Of a stretch of 64,000 nucleotides of DNA, positions 29,572 to 40,646 are shown one piece after another. A model generated the notes under the pieces. That model was not told where the DNA came from, did not search any database, and was given only the letters and a program-made list of their open reading frames with translations. This DNA is from Phycisphaerales bacterium. GTDB lineage: Bacteria > Planctomycetota > Phycisphaerae > WQYP01. The stretch lies in NCBI GenBank assembly GCA_027451365.1, contig DAIDJN010000026.1:1-64000 (forward strand). Reading direction: 5' to 3'. The translations under genes and the position numbers were made by a program. The first letter of the stretch is position 1, and every line of letters begins with the position of its first letter.

Positions 29572-31347
29572 TTACTGGTCAAAGTAACGGCGGATCAGGC
29601 GGCGGTAGCCCGCGGGCAATGGCGTTTGCGTCTTATTCTGTATAACGGAAGGCCGAAACAATGGTGGCGCATGATCCGCTTTGCCGCCGTCGCGCGCGAC
29701 AACGTCTATAGGGGGGTGGGTTGCTCCGAGCAACGGTTTGTCCAGTATCACCAGTGAGTTGCTATCCACCAGCGCGGCGTTGGTTCGATGGCCTGCGGGT
29801 GGCTTTTCCGACGGACCGCCGGCCGCTGATTGCGGCAATCCGATGTCGCCGGAATGAGGCAGTCGCGACATTCGCAAATTTCCGGATGCATCATTCGGCG
29901 CGGCAGTGGTTTTGCCACCGGTATTCACAACCGGCATTTGGAACGACTGTGCGGAGGCCGCCATGTGTTGCGATATTTCCGCCAGCAGTTGCTTTTCCGC
30001 AGAAATTTCGCGAGCCAGCACCAATTGGGCGGTGTGCGCATCGGCAACCGCCGATTTCAAATTATGCAGACCGCCGGCACCCGCGCGGCCGGAAAATCCA
30101 CTGGCGGCGGCCAGAAGCCGGTTTCGGCCCGCCGCAGACAACCCCGCATGGTGCAATGCCCGGACCAGATTAGCCATGATGCGATCGGATACGGTATGAG
30201 GCGAATTTGGGGAGAGTTCCGGGCTTCCAACCGCGCTTTTTGTGGTGACGGAACCACGATTGTCCGTGAAAGCTGGCCTGCCGGCTTTCTGGCCAACTTC
30301 TGACGCAAGCCTCTGATTGAGCGCCGCCTGGAGTGCGTTTAGGGTCTTCTTCCAACGTTGCCGTTGCTGTATATCCCGCCTGATTTCAGCCACGGCTTGC
30401 GCCGAATGCCGCATTGCTATCGAACCGGTACGATCCGTGGGGGTACCCGTTAGCAACCGCTTTGCCAGCGATTGAGGAAGCGCATGAATGACCTGCGAAC
30501 GAATTCGCAGGCGCGTGGATGCAACCGGCTGATTTGCGCCGTCCAGATTTGCGACGCGGTTATGGCCCACTATCACCGATGGACGGTGCGATTGAAAACT
30601 GTCCGCAAGCAAAAGGCCCGCCCCAACCGCCAAGGCGCTAAAGCCGGCAACGGCGATTAAAACGGACGTTGATCGGGGCTGGTCCGCTGAATAAGAGTTT
30701 AGTCCAGTGGCGGCCCGGCACACATTTTGCCAGCGGCCCTGCACGCGTCGCCACGTCAGCGAATAAAACGGATTCCCGGTATCTAAACCGGCTGTTGCGG
30801 TCATTTCCAACCATAGCGACAGACTTCCCTCCAGGCCCGCATGCTGGTCCACCAGCCAGGCGATGCGTTTTTGCGTAGGCCATTTGACCGACCAGATTCC
30901 CGCAATCAGACAGACCACCACCGCATCAACGGCCATCAGGCCAAATGGGGGCACGCTGGCGAACAGGACAATCGCAGCCGCAGGCGGAACGGATAGCAGA
31001 ATTCCCCACCGGACGGCCCCGACCAGCCGCAATAATTCGCGGCTGCCGATTAAACCGGAAACGTGAATCGGCCGGGCCAAATGCCGCGAACGTAGAAATG
31101 AATGAACCGCAAACGGCCACGCCCCCGCCACCATGAACGCTGCCAGCAAAACGGCACCGTGCGGGAGACATGCCAGACTCATCAGAACCAGCGCCTGAAT
31201 GCAGCCGACCGAGAAAAACGCCAGAGCGATCCGGACCGTTGCCAAAGTCGATATGCGCCGGCGGGTAAGTGTCAATAATCGCACCATGTCCGCTGAATCG
31301 GGCACCTTGTCGAGGACGGGCATGGCTGTTGTAGACACTGATGACAT
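29572..31347 (-). CDS. Membrane-anchored hypothetical protein of the MoxR/VWA-associated type
   Basis: N-terminal TM segments, helical middle and a C-terminal LPAGYRRLIRRYF motif. Confidence 0.6.
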   Translation of the reverse strand: MSSVSTTAMPVLDKVPDSADMVRLLTLTRRRISTLATVRIALAFFSVGCIQALVLMSLACLPHGAVLLAAFMVAGAWPFAVHSFLRSRHLARPIHVSGLIGSRELLRLVGAVRWGILLSVPPAAAIVLFASVPPFGLMAVDAVVVCLIAGIWSVKWPTQKRIAWLVDQHAGLEGSLSLWLEMTATAGLDTGNPFYSLTWRRVQGRWQNVCRAATGLNSYSADQPRSTSVLIAVAGFSALAVGAGLLLADSFQSHRPSVIVGHNRVANLDGANQPVASTRLRIRSQVIHALPQSLAKRLLTGTPTDRTGSIAMRHSAQAVAEIRRDIQQRQRWKKTLNALQAALNQRLASEVGQKAGRPAFTDNRGSVTTKSAVGSPELSPNSPHTVSDRIMANLVRALHHAGLSAAGRNRLLAAASGFSGRAGAGGLHNLKSAVADAHTAQLVLAREISAEKQLLAEISQHMAASAQSFQMPVVNTGGKTTAAPNDASGNLRMSRLPHSGDIGLPQSAAGGPSEKPPAGHRTNAALVDSNSLVILDKPLLGATHPPIDVVARDGGKADHAPPLFRPSVIQNKTQTPLPAGYRRLIRRYFDQ

Positions 31348-31454
31348 GATGGTATTTTATCATATTCCAGTCGGCTGGTGTGATGGTCGGACATGCATGA
31401 ATAAGGTGGTCGCCGCGGCTTGCATGCCGGCGGTGCGATGCCCCGGCCGGGCGC

Positions 31455-31491
31455 AAAAAAACGGGGCAACCGGTCCATACCGGCCGCCCCG
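31455..31491 (-). terminator. Intrinsic terminator downstream of clpC
   Basis: Minus strand reads CGGGGCGGCCGGT-ATGG-ACCGGTTGCCCCG followed by T7. Confidence 0.75.
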
Positions 31492-31532
31492 CTGGAGAAG
31501 CAATTGTTGTTGCCTGAAGTCACACGCCCTTG

Positions 31533-34046
31533 TCAGGTGGCGTTGGCGGCCCCGCCCACCGGCGCATCGACCTCCGCGGGAGGCGGCGGAGTTTTGGGGA
31601 CCACGGTAAACCGCAGTGCCTCGCCATCGCGGTCAATACGGATCAGCGACACCTCTTTGTATTCACCGCGGAGGATGGATTCTGAAAGCGGGTCTTCCAG
31701 ATACTGTTCAATGGCACGACGCAATGGCCGGGCACCAAAGTCCGGGTTGTAGCCCTTTTCAATCAGGAAGTCGTGGGCGGCGGAGGTGGTTTCCAGACTG
31801 ATACCCTGTTCCACCAGCCGACGCGTCACCTTCTTGATTTCAATATCAATGATATTGTAAAGGTTTTCGCGGCTTAGCGGCCGGAAAATGATTGTGTCAT
31901 CCAGTCGGTTGATAAACTCCGGCCGGAAGAACTTCTCAACTTCGCGCAGCAGGCCTTTTTTCATGGATTCAAAGGATTTTTCTTCATCACGTTTTCCGTA
32001 ACCGAATCCCTGAATGCCGCCGCTCTTGATCAAGTCCGCACCGATGTTGCTGGTCATGATCAGGATGACGTTTTTGAAGTCCACGATGCGGCCGACATTG
32101 TCGGTCAGGCGGCCTTCTTCCATGATCTGGAGAAGCATGTTGAACACATCAGGATGTGCTTTTTCAATTTCATCCAGCAGCACCACGGCATACGGCTTGC
32201 GGCGAATACGTTCGGTGAGTTGGCCGCCTTCTTCGTAACCGACATACCCCGGAGGAGCGCCGACCAGGCGGCTGACATTGTGTTTTTCCATATATTCAGA
32301 CATATCGATCTGAATAAGTGACGCTTCATTGCTGAACAGGAATTCGGCGATGGCCTTGGAAAGCAGCGTCTTGCCGACACCCGACGGGCCAAGAAACAGG
32401 AAGGTTCCCATCGGACGGTTCGGATCCTTGAGGCCCGAACGTGCGCGACGGATGGAGCGTGACACGGCCTTGATTGCGTCATCCTGGCTGATGACCCGTT
32501 TATGGAGTTCGGCCTCCAGTTCCAGCAACCGTGAAGCTTCGGCTTTTTCCAGACGGGTCAGCGGTACGCCGGTCATGCGGCTGACAACTTCAGCCACCAC
32601 TTCCTCATCGACTACGCCATCCACTTCCTTGGCTTGTTCGCGCCATTTGCGATGTTCTTCATCCTTCTTGCGACGAAGCCCTTCCGCCTGATCGCGCAGT
32701 TCGGCGGCGCGTTCATAATCGGCATTTTTGACCGCTTCATCCTTTTCCAGAGTCAGACGTTCAATCTGCTCTTCAATTTCGGAAAGGTTGGGCGGCTTGG
32801 TCATGCTCTTCAACCGCACACGGGCACCCGCCTCGTCAATCACGTCAATCGCCTTGTCGGGCAGACAACGGCCCGTGATGTACCGTGTGGAAAGTTCCAC
32901 GGCGGACCGCAGCGCCTCTTCGGTGATCTGCACGCGGTGATGGGCTTCGTAGCGGTCGCGAAGACCCTTTAGAATTTCGACGGTTTCCTCTTTATTGGGC
33001 GGTTCCACGACAACCGTCTGGAAACGCCGCTCAAGGGCGCCATCTTTTTCCACGTACTTGCGATATTCATCCAGCGTGGTGGCACCAATGCACTGAATTT
33101 CGCCACGCGCCAGTGACGGCTTAAGTACGTTGCTCGCATCAATGGCGCCTTCCGCACCGCCGGCACCAACCAGCGTGTGAAGTTCGTCAATAAACAGGAC
33201 CACATTTTTGGCCCGGCGGACTTCATTCATGACGGCCTTGATGCGTTCTTCAAACTGACCGCGGTATTTGGTGCCCGCGACCATCATGGCAAGGTCCAGC
33301 ACGACAATACGTTTGTCCAGAAGAATTTCCGGCACATCGCCGGAAATGATTTTCTGCGCCAGCCCTTCCACAATGGCGGTTTTACCAACGCCCGCCTCGC
33401 CAAGCAAGACGGGATTATTTTTTGTGCGGCGGCATAACACCTGAATAACCCGTTCGATTTCATTGGCGCGGCCAATGACGGGGTCCAGTGCCCCTTCGCG
33501 GGCAAGTTCCGTCAGGTCGCGACCGAAGGAATCAAGTGCCGGCGTGCGGGACTTTGACTTGGCTTCACCCTTTTCGGTGGCTGCGCCGCTGGCACCTTCA
33601 GATTCCACACCCGCGCCCAGCAGATTCAGCACTTCTTCGCGCACCTCTTCAAGCTTCAGCCCAAGGTTCATAAGTACCTGCGCGGCAACGCCATCGCGTT
33701 CGCGAAGAAGCCCCAGAAGCAGATGTTCAGTGCCGACATAGTTGTGCCCCAGATTGTGGGCCTCTTCAATGGCATATTCGATGACCTTTTTAGCGCGCGG
33801 TGTCTGGGGAAGCCGGCCCATGGTAACCATATCCGGCCCGCTTTTAACAAGTTTTTCGACTTCCAGTCGCACTTTCCGAAGGTCAATGTCCAGATTCTTA
33901 AGAACTGTCGCGCCGACGCCGGAACCTTCCTTGACCAGACCAAGAAGGATATGCTCGGTCCCGATATATTCATGGTTAAACCGCTGGGCCTCCTGATTGG
34001 CCAGCGCCATGACTTTACGGGCGCGATCTGTGAAACGTTCGTACAT
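31533..34046 (-). CDS. clpC: ATP-dependent Clp protease ATP-binding subunit ClpC
   Basis: [12 protein letters not shown], Clp N repeats, GEAGVGKT and [11 protein letters not shown] domain, [15 protein letters not shown]. Confidence 0.96.
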   Translation of the reverse strand: MYERFTDRARKVMALANQEAQRFNHEYIGTEHILLGLVKEGSGVGATVLKNLDIDLRKVRLEVEKLVKSGPDMVTMGRLPQTPRAKKVIEYAIEEAHNLGHNYVGTEHLLLGLLRERDGVAAQVLMNLGLKLEEVREEVLNLLGAGVESEGASGAATEKGEAKSKSRTPALDSFGRDLTELAREGALDPVIGRANEIERVIQVLCRRTKNNPVLLGEAGVGKTAIVEGLAQKIISGDVPEILLDKRIVVLDLAMMVAGTKYRGQFEERIKAVMNEVRRAKNVVLFIDELHTLVGAGGAEGAIDASNVLKPSLARGEIQCIGATTLDEYRKYVEKDGALERRFQTVVVEPPNKEETVEILKGLRDRYEAHHRVQITEEALRSAVELSTRYITGRCLPDKAIDVIDEAGARVRLKSMTKPPNLSEIEEQIERLTLEKDEAVKNADYERAAELRDQAEGLRRKKDEEHRKWREQAKEVDGVVDEEVVAEVVSRMTGVPLTRLEKAEASRLLELEAELHKRVISQDDAIKAVSRSIRRARSGLKDPNRPMGTFLFLGPSGVGKTLLSKAIAEFLFSNEASLIQIDMSEYMEKHNVSRLVGAPPGYVGYEEGGQLTERIRRKPYAVVLLDEIEKAHPDVFNMLLQIMEEGRLTDNVGRIVDFKNVILIMTSNIGADLIKSGGIQGFGYGKRDEEKSFESMKKGLLREVEKFFRPEFINRLDDTIIFRPLSRENLYNIIDIEIKKVTRRLVEQGISLETTSAAHDFLIEKGYNPDFGARPLRRAIEQYLEDPLSESILRGEYKEVSLIRIDRDGEALRFTVVPKTPPPPAEVDAPVGGAANAT

Positions 34047-34547
34047 AAAATACTCCTGCAAGCCCTTGTAGGGCGGGATCTTTCTATCCCAAGGGATTGT
34101 ACGAAGGGAGTGGTCAAACAATCAAGCCCGACCCATTCCATGTCGTACAACCATCGGTTTATTATCGGCCAAAACAAGCGAGAAGGGTAAGGGCAAGGAC
34201 AAAAATGAATTTGCCACACGCACCAGGCCATGCGAACCGGCGATCTTCGGCATTGCGAACCACATTCGCGGGCTGCGCAAAAAAACACGCTATTTACGAC
34301 ATCTGCGGATTTTCCACGCGATTCTTAACTTCTTCCACCTTATGTCATTCAAATGGTTGGACCGCTCGTTGAATCATTTACTACGGCAACACTCGCGCCA
34401 TGTCAATGGATACATGCCGTTGTTTTACGCAAAACTTGAATCGATGCAAACGCTTGCCTGAATCGATAATTCAAGCGGCTGGTCGCCCCACTTAAAAATG
34501 TGCCTCGCCAAATGCTCATAAATCTGGTGCTGGATCGATCCGGTCGC

Positions 34548-37500
34548 CTATTCATGTCCCCCGGCCTGTGCGGCCTGCATGGCCTTGATCATATTGATGA
34601 CCTGCTGGCGAATTTGCCGCTGAATGTGGCCGAGTTGCTTGATCTGTTTTCCCACCGCCTGCTTGTGAACCGGATCAGCCTTTTGCATGGCATGCAACTG
34701 AACGGTGGCGGCATTCACCTGATTCTGGACAATCCGCAGCAGCTTAAGCTGGGCGACCGGGGGGATAAGCGGGGGCTTGCCTCCACCACCACCGCCACCA
34801 CCGCCGCCACCGTGCTGGTCGACGTGCATCTGTTCCTTCAGAGAATTGATGATGTCCTTAAGCCCCATGATGGCCGCGTTCTGTTCGGCAATCAGGTCTG
34901 CTGTGGCCTGCGCGGTGCCGAAGGTCTGACTTGCGAGTTTCATGTTGCCCGCGATTCGCCGATTCATCCAGACAATAACCGGGGCCTTATCCGCCAGTTT
35001 CACGCTCAGGCCGTCAAGCAGGTGAATCAGATGTACCTGCACCTGTCCATCTGCCTGTAATTGCAGCATATCCGGTCGCATGATCATGCCACGGGCCTGC
35101 TTCCGCTGCCGGATGGCGACCGCACTGGATTGCAAAGCGGACTGGATTTTCAAAATATGCTGATATTCCTTTTTGATTCCGGCAAGCTGTTGAAGTTGCT
35201 TTTTATTTTGTGCGTTCTTCAGCGCTTTTTGCAATTCCTTCAGCGCGTGTTTCAGATCAGCCAAAGCGATAACCTGCCGCTGTACCGCCAACGGCTGATG
35301 CGGATGAATCAGCCATCCGGTGGCCTTACCCATCATATCCGCGGCACCATGCAGCCAGGCCGGGGCTTCACCGGTATGCACGCTTCGGGCGGCTTTGTGA
35401 GCCACGTTCAGCGTGTCAAGTTGCAGGCGGCTTTCATCATTTGCCAGGGGTGCCAGCGCTGCAGCGGACGCATCTGGAGCGGCATGGCCCGTATTTACTT
35501 CCGTCGCCCGTTGCCGTTTGATTAACTGCTTCACCAGTGCGATCAGGGCCTTAAGGCGGTTAATCCGGCTTTGCAGTGACCGGCCCTGTTCTTTTTGCAG
35601 AGCCGAAAGCATTTTTTTCAGCCCCTTTGCCGCCTGCCCCTGGTTGCCCGCCGCAGCCTGCATCCGGTTCAGCGCCGCGTTGCGCCCGGCCAGCCGCATG
35701 GCATCGCTGATGGAATATTTCTGTGCAAGTTGCGCAGCTTGGGCAAGCGCCTTGGACATGCCCGGGTTCTTAGCGGCAGTCTGTTGTGCGGCCTTATTGA
35801 GTTGCCGCGAAAGCTGATCCATTTTGCCCGCCAAATTACGTTGTTGCGCCGCTAGTGCGGCGGCTTGTGCTTTAAGTTTCGCGGGCAACTGGTCCGGATT
35901 CTGACCCAGCGTTTGTTTTGCGAGATTTTTCAGCTCCTGTTCCAGTTTCTGCTGCTGATGCAGCAGATGCAGTGTTTTCGCTTCCAACGATGCGAACTGA
36001 CCCGCGGCGCCCAGCCGGGCGAGCAATTTCTGCATTACGGAAATTGCATTTTGCTGATGGCCAAAGGCCCGACCGGCATCGGCCTGGGCATGGGCGGCAC
36101 CCGATGGCTTTTGTGCCGCCTGGGCCGCTTTGTCCAGGCGATCCGCGGCATGGGGCATGGTGCGAGCGCCGACGGGCTTCATCAGCGAAGCGGCCAGTGC
36201 AGCCAGTTTCCCCGGAGCTGAAGTCTCAAGATTATTCCGTTTGGCAATTCGCGCAATGCCTGCCAGTGTCCTGGCAATGGAAGCGGCGCGTTGCGCCTCG
36301 GATGCCTGCTTCTGGCCAAGGGCCGCCAACGCCTGCTGCTGTGCCGGAGTGGTTTTACCCGCCGCGCCAATGGCCTGCTGAATGGATTTGGTCTGGGCGG
36401 CCGTTTCCTGTTGCCGCCTTAGGAGCGCGGCCAGCGCCTGGCGAACCTGCCGCAGGTCGGCGCGCAGCTCGCGTTCAATATCCGCGCGGCTGCGGATGCT
36501 TATCAACAATCGTCTGGACCGCACCAGCGGATGCACCAGCGTTTTGCCATTGGCAAGCCGACGGGAGTAATTGTCACGCACCTGTGCGAAAATGCTGATT
36601 GCATCTCCCGGTTTCAGGGCAAGACTTGCAAGTTTCCATTGAAATTCCGCCACACCGTTGACGCTGCGCGTAGCCGGGTCATAATTGACTTTCCGCCATG
36701 AAAGAGGAAACCGGAAAAGTGGCGCGGCCTTGGCCGGCGCATCGACCCGCCCGCCGGCCAGATACACGCTTTTCAGGCCCAGATCATCGGTCGCACGTAT
36801 TTGCAGGTGAATAACCGCATCCGGAGACGCCTCCACCGAATGGCGCGGTCGCGTAATGCGAACCTGGGGTAATGCGTCCGGAATCACCTGTATGTTCACC
36901 AGGCCGCCACGGCGGTTTTGCATGGAATCCGCATCGGTCATTATCAGCCGCGCGTTAAACGAAGTACTGGCAATAAACGAAAGCTCCCCGCGGTGCGGGC
37001 CGATATTTTTTTCCGTCGCATTTAATCCCGACAGCGGCTTTCCGGTAAGCGGGTTGGCCAGAATAAACGAAGGCTTGGCCGCCAGCGGCTCGTCGCCGCG
37101 AAAAGACAGAGTCACATGCGAGCCGACAATCGCCTGGGCGCGATGCGAAAACAGGTCAATGACAGTCGGCGGAATGCCCGCCGCATACGCCGGTGGCATG
37201 ATGATCGCCTGCAGGCTGACAAAGGTCGGACGCGGCACAATCCGTATCGTCGTCGGCGGTTCATTTGAATCATCTCCGGCGACGGCGCGCAGCGTCAATT
37301 GATGGCCATGCGGAAGAATGACCGCTTCAAACAGATTGCCATGCGACTTTCCCTGCCAGACCATCATGACTGCGGGCAGCCGCCGGCCATTCTGGCGCAA
37401 TTCCAGCCAGACGCGCAGATGCGGAGAAAAGCCTTTCGTCACTTTTGCAGCGACTGTCAGGGCATCGCCCCGCGGCCAGATTCTGGGCGGGCCGCTGTTT

Positions 37501-38096
37501 GTCCAGTACAAATGCACATGCGTTTTAAGCGGCCAGGGGTGGTGCCCCAGCGGATCGGTCCATCTTAGCATCGCCAGGCGAGCCCCGGCGGGTACCGCGA
37601 TTGCAATCAGAACGATTGCCGCCAGTTCCACCAGAGCAATCATGCCCATTTTCCAGACCGGCTTCCAATTCAACGCGCCGGCGAAATTTAACTGGCGAGC
37701 GCTGTTTTCGGCGGCCGCAATCGCCTGCCCGGCCATGGCGTTGCCCCGAAGTTCCCGCCGCTTGAGAAAATCCACCGCGGAAAGAATTTCATCTTCCGTC
37801 ATGGATGCCGATATTTCCACCCGTGAGGCCAGCAATGAATCTGGAATGGGGCGGCGGATGCGCAGGACCTGCCGCACGGCCAGCGCCACGACTGCCGTCG
37901 CCGCCAGCAGCAGCAGCACCAGCCGCAGTATTCCGGGGAAATGTAACAGGTAATCGGCGAATGTCAGCAGGAGAACCAACCACAGAACGGCGGAAACAAC
38001 CAGCCCCACCGCATGAAGCCCCAGCATCAGCCGCAGGCGTTGACGCAATTGGGCAATCCGCTCAAGAAGGGATGTCTGGTTCTGCAACATGGTCAT
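34548..38096 (-). CDS. Large membrane-anchored coiled-coil protein (DUF4175-like)
   Basis: N-terminal TMs, Ig-like middle region (ATDDLGL) and a long Gln/Ala coiled coil. Last gene of the MoxR operon. Confidence 0.7.
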   Translation of the reverse strand: MTMLQNQTSLLERIAQLRQRLRLMLGLHAVGLVVSAVLWLVLLLTFADYLLHFPGILRLVLLLLAATAVVALAVRQVLRIRRPIPDSLLASRVEISASMTEDEILSAVDFLKRRELRGNAMAGQAIAAAENSARQLNFAGALNWKPVWKMGMIALVELAAIVLIAIAVPAGARLAMLRWTDPLGHHPWPLKTHVHLYWTNSGPPRIWPRGDALTVAAKVTKGFSPHLRVWLELRQNGRRLPAVMMVWQGKSHGNLFEAVILPHGHQLTLRAVAGDDSNEPPTTIRIVPRPTFVSLQAIIMPPAYAAGIPPTVIDLFSHRAQAIVGSHVTLSFRGDEPLAAKPSFILANPLTGKPLSGLNATEKNIGPHRGELSFIASTSFNARLIMTDADSMQNRRGGLVNIQVIPDALPQVRITRPRHSVEASPDAVIHLQIRATDDLGLKSVYLAGGRVDAPAKAAPLFRFPLSWRKVNYDPATRSVNGVAEFQWKLASLALKPGDAISIFAQVRDNYSRRLANGKTLVHPLVRSRRLLISIRSRADIERELRADLRQVRQALAALLRRQQETAAQTKSIQQAIGAAGKTTPAQQQALAALGQKQASEAQRAASIARTLAGIARIAKRNNLETSAPGKLAALAASLMKPVGARTMPHAADRLDKAAQAAQKPSGAAHAQADAGRAFGHQQNAISVMQKLLARLGAAGQFASLEAKTLHLLHQQQKLEQELKNLAKQTLGQNPDQLPAKLKAQAAALAAQQRNLAGKMDQLSRQLNKAAQQTAAKNPGMSKALAQAAQLAQKYSISDAMRLAGRNAALNRMQAAAGNQGQAAKGLKKMLSALQKEQGRSLQSRINRLKALIALVKQLIKRQRATEVNTGHAAPDASAAALAPLANDESRLQLDTLNVAHKAARSVHTGEAPAWLHGAADMMGKATGWLIHPHQPLAVQRQVIALADLKHALKELQKALKNAQNKKQLQQLAGIKKEYQHILKIQSALQSSAVAIRQRKQARGMIMRPDMLQLQADGQVQVHLIHLLDGLSVKLADKAPVIVWMNRRIAGNMKLASQTFGTAQATADLIAEQNAAIMGLKDIINSLKEQMHVDQHGGGGGGGGGGGKPPLIPPVAQLKLLRIVQNQVNAATVQLHAMQKADPVHKQAVGKQIKQLGHIQRQIRQQVINMIKAMQAAQAGGHE

Positions 38097-38111
38097 GAAG
38101 CGTTTCCCGCG

Positions 38112-40559
38112 TTAAATTAAACCGGCCCGTTTGCGAACAATCCATTCTACCGTCAGAAGTGCTATTAAAAGAATCAGCGCAATTGGCTTGTTCCAGATTT
38201 GATGATTCTGGCGCCACACTGTTTCCAGGCTGCGGTCGGGTATCAGCGATTCGAGTGAGGCAAGCTGCGGCGGCCGCACCAGTTTTCCCCCGGTCAGCAG
38301 GGCCATCTGCCGCAGGCCGGTGGTGTTCACCCGCGGATTGTCAAATTCCATATCCGGTATGATCGCCCGTATCCGCAGACTGTTGACCTTTCCCGGCAGT
38401 GTTCCGGCGGCCGCTGAAAGGGTATAGGTGCCGACGCTCCAGGGCGTAAAAAGCCCCTCAAATAAATGATTCCCGGCACCTACTGGCGAAAGCAGCACGT
38501 TTCCGGCGGTGGTACCCCCGGCAACGGTCAGCCGTACTGAAACGGGCATCTGGGCAGCCAGCGCGCCATGCACTCGCAAATAGACGCGAGCGCTGTGACC
38601 GATATCAATTTGCGGTGAAGAACTGCGCAGTTCCAGGCGTCGTCCGCCACCAAATACGCGCGACCGCGCCAGCTCTCGCACCATTTCCAGCCAGTAGCTT
38701 TTATAAAGAGGTCCGCCATGATAATACCGCCAGCGCCAGGTGTCGTTAATGGCGGAAAACATGGTGCGACCAGCGCCATACCGCCCCATTACCACAAGCG
38801 GCATCGGGCGACCGTCGATCTGATAACCAGGCAAATTAGCCAGCACCATCGCACTGGGTTTAAGGCCGGCCACCGGAATAAAGGAATACAACGGTTCAAG
38901 GTTGGCCACCTGCCGAAGATTTTCGGATTCTCTGGCAAAAAATTCGAACAGCGGACTTAGCCGGCCGGCCGCCGTCAGGTGCAATTCAAAAGGCCGATTG
39001 GGCGGCGGGGCCATGCGCGGGTCGGCCGGGTTACCTGGAATAATCGGAAGAAGTCTGGCCAGCGGACTGTTGCGATAGGCGAACGGAGAATACTGATGGC
39101 CGGCAATCATGCCGAATCCGCCGCCCATTCGTCCGACGAACCGCAGAATGATTTTATCCTGTGCGGCGGAAAAATAATCCGGATCCACATCTCCGAGCAG
39201 AAACACATCATACCGGTCCATCTGGGCCTGGGTATCAGGAAAATGGTTGATCGGAAGATTCCCTTCCTGCGCAAAATTGTTATCGGCCGAAAGGAGCAGG
39301 CAACTGATTTGCGTGGTTTTTTCCCGCATCAGGTCGTTTTTCAGATAGCGGTATTCCCATCTTGGATAGCCATCTACATACAATACACGAATCTTCGCCT
39401 TCACAACCCGCGTATCCACCGGGCCGGCCTGATTGCCGCGCCGGGTAATCTGCCCCGGAACCGGATCCATCTTCACAGCCAGGCGATAATTGCCGGGCTT
39501 TTTCGGGTGAAACACAAGACTGAATGCGACGCGCTTCATGCCCGGCAGAATATGCAGCGTGCGTGCCAGCAGTTGGCGCGGCTTGCCCGGCTGATTTTTT
39601 GGTGGCAGTTCCAGCAGCCGCACCGTGGTGACCAGGGCCGCGTGCGCACCTGTGGCCTGCACAAAACCGCGCACCGCCACGGGGTCCTGCACAAACGCCT
39701 GGCGCGGGGCCTGTACCTGTTGCAGCGCCAGGTCAAAGGGCGTCCGCTTCTGGCCTATGGGAATGGTGAACACCGGAACCGCTCGCTGGCGGGCCAGCCG
39801 CGCGACCGGTCCCGGCGGCGACCCGGGCGTGGACCGGCCATCGGTCAGCAACAGCACCGCGCTGACCGGTCTTCCCCGCTGTTCATCCAAGATTCCACGC
39901 ACCACGCGCGGCACATCCGTGGAATTGCCCGTTGGTTTGAGCGCCGCAAGTTTCACCAGCAGCGCCGCCAACTGACGTCGGCTGGTCGCCTGTCCCAGCA
40001 GTCGGGCGCGGCTTGAACCGGTATAGACCGCGATGGTCTGCCGGTTGGCCAGGCGGCCCAACCACCCGGCATCCGCCTGCATCAGCAGATGGCTGGCAAT
40101 GGCATAGCGGCTGGGCGGCCGCCCGCGGGCCTGCAGCGGAACCATATGCAGACCGCCTGTGGCATTCGTCGGTGACGGCGATTGCAGCAGATGAATTAAT
40201 TTGAGCATGGCCGCATTCTGATAGGTGTCGCGCAGTGTCATGGAAAGGGAGTGGTCCACCCATATTGCCACGGTGCCCGGCGTCCGCACGCTTTTACTGG
40301 CCACCAGCATGGGTCGCCCCAGCAGCAGCACCACCAGGGCCAGCACAACTGCACGCAAGGTTGCCATGGTTCGTTTCAGTCGCGGGCTGGCGCTTTGTCC
40401 GCGGTAACTCCACCAGCCTAAGGCCGCCAGCAGCGCCATGCCGCCAGCCAAAATCCAGGGGTTTGGTGTCGCCAGCGCCCAATGATAAGACATGCCGCCA
40501 TGGTTCGGCCCGGTCGGGCTGAATCCAAAAAGAAAATGTGTGATCCAATCCATCATCAT
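38112..40559 (-). CDS. VWA domain + glutamine-amidotransferase-like membrane protein
   Basis: MIDAS-like VDHSLSM, LLLTDG, VLYVDGYPRWEYRYL, TWRWR, C-terminal EWIVRKR. Confidence 0.8.
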   Translation of the reverse strand: MMMDWITHFLFGFSPTGPNHGGMSYHWALATPNPWILAGGMALLAALGWWSYRGQSASPRLKRTMATLRAVVLALVVLLLGRPMLVASKSVRTPGTVAIWVDHSLSMTLRDTYQNAAMLKLIHLLQSPSPTNATGGLHMVPLQARGRPPSRYAIASHLLMQADAGWLGRLANRQTIAVYTGSSRARLLGQATSRRQLAALLVKLAALKPTGNSTDVPRVVRGILDEQRGRPVSAVLLLTDGRSTPGSPPGPVARLARQRAVPVFTIPIGQKRTPFDLALQQVQAPRQAFVQDPVAVRGFVQATGAHAALVTTVRLLELPPKNQPGKPRQLLARTLHILPGMKRVAFSLVFHPKKPGNYRLAVKMDPVPGQITRRGNQAGPVDTRVVKAKIRVLYVDGYPRWEYRYLKNDLMREKTTQISCLLLSADNNFAQEGNLPINHFPDTQAQMDRYDVFLLGDVDPDYFSAAQDKIILRFVGRMGGGFGMIAGHQYSPFAYRNSPLARLLPIIPGNPADPRMAPPPNRPFELHLTAAGRLSPLFEFFARESENLRQVANLEPLYSFIPVAGLKPSAMVLANLPGYQIDGRPMPLVVMGRYGAGRTMFSAINDTWRWRYYHGGPLYKSYWLEMVRELARSRVFGGGRRLELRSSSPQIDIGHSARVYLRVHGALAAQMPVSVRLTVAGGTTAGNVLLSPVGAGNHLFEGLFTPWSVGTYTLSAAAGTLPGKVNSLRIRAIIPDMEFDNPRVNTTGLRQMALLTGGKLVRPPQLASLESLIPDRSLETVWRQNHQIWNKPIALILLIALLTVEWIVRKRAGLI

Positions 40560-40646
40560 CTATTGCCTGTTTCTGCGAATCATGTTTGTTTTAAGTTCGG
40601 CGTACATTAATTTCATCCATACTGGCAATGCCGCATACGATGCGCA